Shown: positions 57,605 through 64,000 of the stretch, piece by piece
Numbering within the stretch: position 1 is the first letter of the stretch
Layout: the number at the start of each line of letters is the position of its first letter
IMG/VR virus record: IMGVR_UViG_3300042446_001683
Source of the DNA: a virus
Length of the DNA: 64,000 nt
Reading direction: 5' to 3' (one strand)
Notes under the pieces: model-generated
What the model was told of the DNA's origin: nothing
The model's database searches: none
Seen by the model: the letters and a program-made list of their open reading frames with translations, nothing else
Translations under genes and position numbers: made by a program

Positions 57605-57878
57605 AGACAACTACTATAAAATGAGTGAAACCCAATTTCATTATTGGATGTCTCAAAACATAGAAACGTTGATGAAACAAGAACGTGATATAATAGTTAA
57701 CGCTTACGATAGAGAACCAATAGACGGAATACAAAACTGGTTTATAAGAGATGGTGAGCGGTATTATGAATTACATATGGAGGGAAAGAGCGGAATTAGA
57801 GAATATAGTTCAGGGGAAACGAGTAGGGAGAACAAACGTACGACGGACGAAAATTATTCATTTGAAGACGGTGTGTAG
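57576..57878 (+). CDS. Hypothetical protein (3' end runs into the repeat array)
   Basis: ORF track. Confidence 0.55.
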   Translation: MILTPLQQIKDNYYKMSETQFHYWMSQNIETLMKQERDIIVNAYDREPIDGIQNWFIRDGERYYELHMEGKSGIREYSSGETSRENKRTTDENYSFEDGV

Positions 57879-58281
57879 GGGGGACAAGTTAGGGTGAACA
57901 GGTAGGAGTATAGGGTAGGGGAAACAAAATGTGATAACGTAGGAGGAACGAGTACGGGAGAAAGGGTAGGGGTATCAAGTAGGGTGAACGAGTAGGGGAA
58001 TCAAGTGTGACAAACGGAGGAACAAGTGTGACTCACATATCCAAATATAAGTATATACAAGAACGGTATGTGACAAACGTAGGGAGAACGGGTTATATGA
58101 AATGGGGAGGGTATTAACCCACCTCGCCATCACAAGCCAAACTTTTTATCGAAAAAGGATATACAAAAATTCCCCACCCCGGGGCAAATAAATGGGGATC
58201 CCCCGCGGGGGAACGGGTAGGGGGAGCAAGTAGGGGGAACCTGTAGGGGAAACACGTAGGGGGATCAAGAGGGGGGAACAA
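57810..58281 (+). repeat. G-rich 13-bp degenerate repeat arrays (consensus about GTAGGGGGAACAA) around an AT-rich/palindromic core
   Basis: Units at 57823, 57875, 57902, 57915, 57939, 57966, 57979, 57992, 58079 and six in exact 13-bp phase from 58204 to 58281. Confidence 0.85.
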
Positions 58282-58337
58282 GAAGGTTTGGCCCCCTGGG
58301 GGAGGGATGTTATATTTAGCTAAATAAATAAGCACAT

Positions 58338-58805
58338 ATGACACTACAAGAGCTAAAAAAAGAGGTTGCAAAGAAGATAATGTTGAAAAAGAATGCGTGG
58401 ACGGAAACGTACGCCAAGGAAGGAGCGCCCACGGATTTTGAAAGACAGACCTACAAGGAGTACGCCGACATAATTGATAGAGAAATCAAGGAGATGATCC
58501 CTGAAAGTGAGTGGCTGACAATTGAGCTAACAGGGTGCGCCAAGGGAGAATTATCTCATTACACCATTGAAGACTCACTCAAAGAGGTATTTAAGCCAAG
58601 AGAAGGAATTTTGTATGACAGCGAGGGAGGACAGTTTTGGGTGTACGTCAAGTCCTCACTGGTGCAGAAGGTGCTTAGGCATATCGACTATCACTTCCCA
58701 GGCCAGATAGACCTACATGTAGGTATAAATAAGTACGGTGACAACCCCTGGTTTCAAAATTGGACCCAAGCAGAGATGTTCTTATCGGCGCAAAAGGAGG
58801 GTTAA
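58338..58805 (+). CDS. Early hypothetical protein (higher GC than neighbours)
   Basis: Own promoter. Confidence 0.75.
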   Translation: MTLQELKKEVAKKIMLKKNAWTETYAKEGAPTDFERQTYKEYADIIDREIKEMIPESEWLTIELTGCAKGELSHYTIEDSLKEVFKPREGILYDSEGGQFWVYVKSSLVQKVLRHIDYHFPGQIDLHVGINKYGDNPWFQNWTQAEMFLSAQKEG

Positions 58806-58877
58806 ACCTCTTCCACACCTTGTTTGGCTTTGTGTGTCATTGATGTTATATTTAGCCATAATTAAAAACACATAAAA

Positions 58878-59087
58878 ATGGATAAATTAAAACTGTTTGT
58901 TGAAGAAAATTTTGAACGATTTTCAAATTTGGAAGAGGATGAGGTATATGAGTTAGATGCTCATTACATAGATGAGGATATTGTTAATTATTTAAAAGAC
59001 AATGCTCAATTTAGCCATAATGGCATTGTAGTTTATTATGTGGGGGAGAGTGATGAGGTGTGGGTTGAGAATATGAATATAGATTGA
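58878..59087 (+). CDS. Early acidic protein
   Basis: Own promoter and 3' hairpin. Confidence 0.75.
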   Translation: MDKLKLFVEENFERFSNLEEDEVYELDAHYIDEDIVNYLKDNAQFSHNGIVVYYVGESDEVWVENMNID

Positions 59088-59175
59088 GGAAGGGGGGGTA
59101 ACACCCCTTTCCCATTTTGTTTGGCCTCCATGTACAGTTTTATTATATTTAGGTATAATTAAAAAATGTAAAAAT

Positions 59176-59514
59176 ATGGAAAAGTTTAAAAAAGTGGTTG
59201 GTGTAAATGATGGGATTGGAAAAGTTATTAATGATTTGATCTTAGGTAATATGGAGACAGATTATAATAATTATGAGTTAGGTGATAGAGTGACTTATAG
59301 TTTTATGTTGGATGATGATTTTGGGTTTTGGGAAGGGATAAATATGAATGAGATTAAGGAGTTTGTAGGTGAAGGTATTTGTTTAGAGGATAAAGTGTTA
59401 AGTGATATTTGGGGGAAGGATATTTGGTATAATGTTAGTATTAAAAATTATATTGAATGTGAGAGTTTATTAGTAGAGTTTTTGGCTGATGAGACTATGT
59501 GTGAGAAGATTTAG
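59176..59514 (+). CDS. Early acidic protein, almost C-free gene
   Basis: Own promoter; 5 C counted in 339 nt. Confidence 0.75.
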   Translation: MEKFKKVVGVNDGIGKVINDLILGNMETDYNNYELGDRVTYSFMLDDDFGFWEGINMNEIKEFVGEGICLEDKVLSDIWGKDIWYNVSIKNYIECESLLVEFLADETMCEKI

Positions 59515-59602
59515 GTAAGAGGGGTTTAACCCCCTCCACCCACTTGTTTGGCCTCGCGAACAATTGATGTTATATTTAAGTATAATTAAAAATTAATAAC
59601 AC

Positions 59603-59806
59603 ATGACAGTACAAGAATTAATCGACCAATTAACAGAGTTAAAAAATGAGGGTTTTGGTGAGACCCAATTAGTATTATCAGTTACCGATCACACAGATTG
59701 GACCTACAATTTTGACTTCCCAGGCTTTGATATTGGGAACGTTTATGATGAGGATGGTGAGTTTGATGATGAGAGTGATTATGGTATTTGTGAGGTGAGT
59801 ATTTAA
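59603..59806 (+). CDS. Early acidic protein
   Basis: MTVQELIDQL; own promoter. Confidence 0.75.
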   Translation: MTVQELIDQLTELKNEGFGETQLVLSVTDHTDWTYNFDFPGFDIGNVYDEDGEFDDESDYGICEVSI

Positions 59807-59880
59807 ACTCCCTCACCACTTTGTTTGGCTTCGCTGGACAGGGATGTTATATTTAGTCATAATTAAAAAACACAAATAAA

Positions 59881-60123
59881 ATGGTAAAATTAAAAAACGG
59901 GGTTACAGGATTTACTTACGATTCATGTTACGGTAATGTACAAGAAATTTTTACTCAACCTTTAACTGAAAAGGAAATTAAGTTAATTGAGAGAGTATTA
60001 AGTGAGGATGATGTATTATTTACTAGTAATGATAGTTTAAGTGATATGTTTGAATTCGATTCTAAAGAGGATTTAGAAAAGGATGTAGAGGGTTTAAATG
60101 ATGTTTTAGAATGGGTCGATTAA
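59881..60123 (+). CDS. Early acidic protein
   Basis: Own promoter. Confidence 0.75.
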   Translation: MVKLKNGVTGFTYDSCYGNVQEIFTQPLTEKEIKLIERVLSEDDVLFTSNDSLSDMFEFDSKEDLEKDVEGLNDVLEWVD

Positions 60124-60192
60124 GTTTGGCCTTGTAATAAAGGGATGTTATATTTAGTCAAATAAAAAAATAATAATTAAAAACAAAAAAGT

Positions 60193-60540
60193 ATGAACAA
60201 GTTAGCAGAATTGTTAGGTTTAAGAGCACAAATTGCAGAGTTAGAAAACGAGATTAACAATGAAAGTATTACTTTCACAAAAGAGGAGTTAATTGAATTT
60301 ACTAAAACAATTAGTAATGCCGTTGCAAATGGTGTGAAGTTTGAGTTGAGTAAAAAAGATAATTTTGATTTTACAAGTGCCTTATACACTAAACGAAATA
60401 GTGATTTAATGGGTGGTTTGGAAGTTAAAGTTAGTAGAGGTAGAGTGTTAAGTGAGGTTGTAGATAGTATTGATTGGGTGTTGGATGATGAGAATGTTGA
60501 GAGTGTAGTTGAGAATGTATTAGAGGGTTTAGGTAAGTAA
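60193..60540 (+). CDS. Early hypothetical protein
   Basis: Own promoter. Confidence 0.75.
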   Translation: MNKLAELLGLRAQIAELENEINNESITFTKEELIEFTKTISNAVANGVKFELSKKDNFDFTSALYTKRNSDLMGGLEVKVSRGRVLSEVVDSIDWVLDDENVESVVENVLEGLGK

Positions 60541-60637
60541 AATTACCTTTAAATGGAGGGGCACAAGAATGTGTCCCTCTGTTTGGCCTTTGGGGAGAGT
60601 GATGTTATATTTAGGTATAATTAAAAAATAATAACAC

Positions 60638-60826
60638 ATGTATCAAGAAATTTACACCTATTTGATCTTTGTAGATCGTAATAACATTTATGATTTTACA
60701 TCTATTAGATGTTTTAAAGATGAGTTAAATAACCATTTAATTAAAGAGGAATTTTTATCACCAGGCGAACATTACTCAGATTTTAGTTGGGTTATATTTG
60801 AGGAGGGTAGAATGATTCAAGGGTAA
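60638..60826 (+). CDS. Early hypothetical protein
   Basis: Own promoter. Confidence 0.7.
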   Translation: MYQEIYTYLIFVDRNNIYDFTSIRCFKDELNNHLIKEEFLSPGEHYSDFSWVIFEEGRMIQG

Positions 60827-60898
60827 CATTTGTTACCTCTTGTTTGGCTCTGCCGAACATGGATGTTATATTTAGGTATAATTAAAAAATAAATACAC

Positions 60899-61132
60899 AT
60901 GGTTAAGATTTTCAACAAAGGTTTAAGTAAAAAAGGTGTTAAAGAAATAACTAAACGCTTTGACATGGAGTTTGAGGTAGGACAAATTATAGGTAACAAA
61001 TCTAAAACAATGGAAAAGTTTGACCCAAACACCACCATGGGTTTTGTATATTATAATACATGCCCAGTCCCATTAAGTTGGTTGCATTATGAGGTAGTAG
61101 AGTATAAAGTAGTTAAAAGAAGTGTTGTGTAA
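60899..61132 (+). CDS. Early hypothetical protein
   Basis: Own promoter. Confidence 0.7.
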   Translation: MVKIFNKGLSKKGVKEITKRFDMEFEVGQIIGNKSKTMEKFDPNTTMGFVYYNTCPVPLSWLHYEVVEYKVVKRSVV

Positions 61133-61188
61133 TGTTTGGCCTTCGGGACAAGGGATGTTATATTTAATTCATAATAAAAAACACACAC

Positions 61189-61992
61189 ATGAAAAATTTA
61201 GTAATGCAAAAGAAAAGAGGTCGCAAGCCAAAAGTTAAAGAAACAGTAGCGTTCGACCCAAAATCAGTTCAAATATTTAAAGGTTCTGAGTTGTCATTTA
61301 ACGAGTCTGTATTTCGCCCAATGTCAACTGGTACATTGATGGATTCGATTTTATCAACAGATAAGGGTTTAATGCCTGCGGTTAATATGATTATTTGCGG
61401 CGGACCAGGTTCAGGTAAGAGTACGGTAGTATTAGATATGTTATCTAAGTTAGCGGCTAGAGGTAAAAAGGTATTGTTTGTGAGCGGTGAGATGGATGAA
61501 ATTGGTCACTTCAAATATTGTAAACGTATGCCTGGTTTTAAGGTTGTACCGACATTATTTTTGAAGAACTATACTGAAACGGTTCGTGAGACAATGGAGT
61601 ATGTGTTCGACCAAGGTTATGATGTGATTGCGATTGATAGTATCGCTGAGGTAATTGAGATGTTTAAAGATACTTACCGTACAACTGAAAGCGCTGCTGA
61701 GTTATGGTTTTTGAACTTACAATCAACAGTTAAGAAAGGTGGTAACAAATTGAAAAAATACACATCGTTCATTAACATTCAACAAGTAACTAAAGCAGGT
61801 GATTTTGCAGGTAGTAACCGCTTAAAACACATGACTGAAGCGATGTGTCATATTGACCGAATTAAAGGTAGTGATAGTAGAAAGATATATTTTAGTAAAA
61901 ACAGAGATTGTGATACTGAGTCGTATATCAAATATAGAATTGGGTTTAGTAAGGTAGAGTATAGTTTGCCTGAAGCGGACGAAGAGGAATAA
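61189..61992 (+). CDS. RadA/Sms-like RecA-fold ATPase (no Zn finger, no Lon-like domain)
   Basis: GGPGSGKST, LFVSGE, IAIDSI, QVTKAGDFAG...KHM, KNR. Confidence 0.75.
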   Translation: MKNLVMQKKRGRKPKVKETVAFDPKSVQIFKGSELSFNESVFRPMSTGTLMDSILSTDKGLMPAVNMIICGGPGSGKSTVVLDMLSKLAARGKKVLFVSGEMDEIGHFKYCKRMPGFKVVPTLFLKNYTETVRETMEYVFDQGYDVIAIDSIAEVIEMFKDTYRTTESAAELWFLNLQSTVKKGGNKLKKYTSFINIQQVTKAGDFAGSNRLKHMTEAMCHIDRIKGSDSRKIYFSKNRDCDTESYIKYRIGFSKVEYSLPEADEEE

Positions 61993-62011
61993 AGTGTGTG
62001 TTTTTTAATTA

Positions 62012-62210
62012 TAGGGGAATCGGGTGCGGAAACGTGCCCATTCTTCGTCTAGGGGTATCCGGTAGGGAGATCCGGACCGGCTAAACGGCCTAGGGGAATC
62101 GGGTGATATATTGCGTTAGGGGTATCGGGTAGGCGGCCTAATGCCCGGTTATGGCCGCAGGATTATCGGGTAGGTGGGTCCGGTAGGAAGATCCGGACAG
62201 GAGTGACAAG
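62012..62210 (+). repeat. Second GC-rich array of 13-bp units (TAGGGGAATCGGG-like) with hairpins
   Basis: taggggaatcggg x2, taggggtatccgg, tagggagatccgg, taggggtatcggg, taggtgggtccgg, taggaagatccgg. Confidence 0.75.
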
Positions 62211-62271
62211 ACAGGTTTGGCTTCTGGGGAACATGATGTTATATTTAATCATAATTAAAAAACATAAACAC

Positions 62272-62499
62272 ATGGCTAAAGTAATTAAAAAAGCAGTGGT
62301 TAAAAAACCAAGAGTAAAACGCTCATTTAAGGTAGGGGAATCAGTTAAATGGTCCACAATTGAATTAATCCGAAATGGTTGTTTCGGGAGAATGGATTGG
62401 GTAGGGGAAATAGTTAAGGTAAGACCCACTACGGTTCATTGTATGGATAAGGATGGAGATATATGGTCAGTGAATAAAAAAGAGGTTTACGCTATGTAA
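62272..62499 (+). CDS. Early basic protein (SH3/KOW-like beta pattern)
   Basis: Start re-assigned after the promoter; FKVGESV. Confidence 0.65.
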   Translation: MAKVIKKAVVKKPRVKRSFKVGESVKWSTIELIRNGCFGRMDWVGEIVKVRPTTVHCMDKDGDIWSVNKKEVYAM

Positions 62500-62559
62500 C
62501 CTCTTGTTTGGCCTAGCGAGACAGGGATGTTATATTCAGGTATAATTAAAAACAGATAT

Positions 62560-62829
62560 ATGAAAAATTTAGTAATTGAACCAGGTAAAGATGCAGAACA
62601 ATCAATTCACGCCCGCTACGGCAAGTTAATTGGAACTATTAAAGGAGTTATCAGTTATCACAATGTGGATGATGCGGTATTTAAGACGTTTATAACGGCC
62701 TTAACCGACGTATTAAACCCAGATAACGCCTTTGACGCACTACAGATTAAACAACTTATAGCCGTGGCTGAGGAGCGAGAGTTTAACGTTTCAGAAGTGG
62801 TAAAGGAAGTGAATCTTATCCACGAATAA
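62560..62829 (+). CDS. Early hypothetical protein
   Basis: Start re-assigned after the promoter. Confidence 0.7.
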   Translation: MKNLVIEPGKDAEQSIHARYGKLIGTIKGVISYHNVDDAVFKTFITALTDVLNPDNAFDALQIKQLIAVAEEREFNVSEVVKEVNLIHE

Positions 62830-62880
62830 GTTTGGCTTAGGAGGATCAGGACGTTATATTTAATCATAAATAAGAAACAT

Positions 62881-62952
62881 ATGAACGAATTTGAAGACAA
62901 TTTAGGAATGTTTATAGATGATGAAGAGTGGGAACGAGAAATGGGTAGATAG
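62881..62952 (+). CDS. 23-aa acidic peptide (not in ORF track)
   Basis: MNEFEDNLGMFIDDEEWEREMGR; fills the space between two consensus promoters. Confidence 0.55.
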   Translation: MNEFEDNLGMFIDDEEWEREMGR

Positions 62953-63002
62953 GTTTGGCTCAGCCAAGTAGGTATGTTATATTTAATCATAAATAAAAAC
63001 AC

Positions 63003-63131
63003 ATGGCTAAAAAGAAACAACTAGAGTATTTTGAGGACAAGTACGGCATCAAAACACTTAAAACACCTATCAGTGAGAACGATAAGGCGTTATTAGAGAA
63101 ATTAAAACAATTAATAAAAACAAATAAATAA
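63003..63131 (+). CDS. 42-aa protein (not in ORF track)
   Basis: Follows a promoter and aaaaacacATG leader. Confidence 0.6.
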   Translation: MAKKKQLEYFEDKYGIKTLKTPISENDKALLEKLKQLIKTNK

Positions 63132-63136
63132 AGGTT

Positions 63137-63298
63137 ATGTCACAAAAAGGAAGACCAGTAGTAGAGGGTAGCGCACGTCAAGCACGTCTAGCGGCCCGCG
63201 CAGCACGAGTTGCAGCAAACGGAGGAACAGTTAAACGTGGACGTCCATCTAAGCCTAAGGCTGAGGTTGATCAAGCGGAAACAACTTCTGAGGCGTAA
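63137..63298 (+). CDS. 53-aa AT-hook-like protein (not in ORF track)
   Basis: KGRP and KRGRP motifs flanking an Ala/Arg helix. Confidence 0.65.
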   Translation: MSQKGRPVVEGSARQARLAARAARVAANGGTVKRGRPSKPKAEVDQAETTSEA

Positions 63299-63307
63299 GC
63301 CTCAAAT

Positions 63308-63396
63308 GGCCGGATGGTGAAACAGGTAGACACGCAGGACTTAAAATCCTGTTGCCCGAAACGGCAGTGTGGGTTCGATTCCCACTCCGGCTACCA
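63308..63396 (+). tRNA. tRNA-Leu(TAA)
   Basis: Acceptor GGCCGGA/TCCGGCT, anticodon arm CAGGA-CTTAAAA-TCCTG, long variable arm, GTTCGATT T-loop, encoded CCA. Confidence 0.95.
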
Positions 63397-63563
63397 ATGC
63401 CAGTAGTTGATTATGAGACCAAAGGATAGATTATGAGACATTTAATCTGGTAACAATGAGGAAGGCCCTTAGGCAAGGCTATATCAACTGGAACGTATGC
63501 CAGTTAGATGAATAACCCACTTACTCATGGGATTCGAACGCGAAGCAAAGCGCCCCAACAATG

Positions 63564-63602
63564 GAGACCTAGGCCTGATCAGCTTAGGTCTTTCCCTTTC
63601 TT
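63564..63602 (+). terminator. Intrinsic terminator after the tRNA transcript
   Basis: gagacctaggc-ctgatca-gcttaggtctt followed by a pyrimidine tract. Confidence 0.6.
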
Positions 63603-63669
63603 AAGGATAGCTTGCTCTAACACTAGTACTATCGTATATTGGGATATAAATAAATAATTAATTAAAGTT

Positions 63670-63879
63670 ATGCGTAAATTAAATCGTACAGCAAAATTGG
63701 CGTTCTACAATGCACGTCAAAGACAAGGTGACACCGCTCGCCTAGCAGAAGCAACTGGTTATTCTACCAGTCATGTTTCAAACATCATTAACGGTAACCG
63801 TTCGGTGAACCAAGACGTAGCGAACGCTATGTACAATATGTCTCGTCGTCGTATGAAGACTATCGAGCTAGTGGGTTAA
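63670..63879 (+). CDS. Cro/XRE-like HTH DNA-binding protein
   Basis: TARLAEATGYSTSHVSNIING. Confidence 0.8.
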   Translation: MRKLNRTAKLAFYNARQRQGDTARLAEATGYSTSHVSNIINGNRSVNQDVANAMYNMSRRRMKTIELVG

Positions 63880-63909
63880 TACCCAGCCATGTGTGTGTTT
63901 TTACAAGTA

Positions 63910-63935
63910 GGGGCCCAAAGGGGCCCCATCTTGTT
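63910..63935 (+). terminator. Hairpin terminator after the HTH gene
   Basis: ggggccc-aaag-gggcccc followed by atcttgtt. Confidence 0.6.
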
Positions 63936-64000
63936 GTGTACCATTGTTTGGCTTTGTGGGTAATATTTATTATATTTAGGTATAATTAAAAATATAATAT

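Larger units (their letters stand above)
58286..63977 (+). repeat. Dispersed repeat: 14 near-identical strong promoters GTTTGGC-N-TATATTT followed by an ATAATTAAAAA-type leader
   Basis: Copies start at 58286, 58822, 59119, 59546, 59823, 60124, 60581, 60842, 61134, 62215, 62506, 62830, 62953, 63946. Confidence 0.9.

Noticed and set aside
58111-58142. Minus-strand promoter (gtttggcttg on the reverse strand)
   Set aside because: The -33 box is present, but there is no TATATT box at the required spacing and no convincing downstream gene.
2025-63020. All minus-strand ORFs in the track, plus + strand shadow ORFs 8654 and 10984
   Set aside because: They overlap well-supported + strand genes, promoters or repeats, lack recognisable motifs and have no correctly oriented promoter.
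57810-63977. CRISPR array interpretation of the 13-bp repeats or repeated promoters
   Set aside because: The 13-bp units are degenerate and have no spacers; the promoter repeats are separated by ORFs of very unequal length; no cas operon is present.
1-64000. Stop-codon reassignment
   Set aside because: Standard code gives full-length conserved proteins; TAA, TAG and TGA all end genes; the only tRNA seen is a normal Leu(TAA).

Overview
A 64-kb, AT-rich segment of a large lytic dsDNA phage. Every credible gene is on the + strand, and no structural head or tail genes are present. A Bacteroidota (probably Flavobacteriia-like) host is inferred from about 30 copies of a TTTG-N19/20-TATATT promoter matching the Bacteroidota -33/-7 consensus. 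In order, the window carries: a T4-like replication and nucleotide module (5'-3' exonuclease, DnaB-like helicase, nrdB/nrdA, PolB, sliding clamp, clamp loader, later a ligase); a 7-deazaguanine cluster (TGT/DpdA-like gene, queC, queD, queE, folE) interleaved with thioredoxins, an HPRT and a MazG-like enzyme; groES/groEL; an ~18-kb glycosyltransferase and NDP-sugar island; many small accessory genes; a probable lysis cassette in which a GH19 endolysin is directly followed by a tandem-PAS/two-TM protein and a TM-GAF-like protein; G-rich 13-bp repeat arrays; and an early-type region of promoter-minigene-hairpin cassettes ending with tRNA-Leu(TAA) and an HTH gene. The leading candidates for undescribed biology are (1) a PAS-sensor membrane protein in the lysis operon, (2) shared N-terminal leaders ending in L/I-x-E fused to unrelated cargo (capsid-targeting-like), (3) early genes with 150-190-nt stretches lacking any C, (4) 3'-UTR elements antisense to early-gene leaders, (5) 13-bp G-rich arrays, and (6) a possible branched-chain 3,6-dideoxysugar pathway. 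All functional calls come from motif recognition by eye; no database searches were run.
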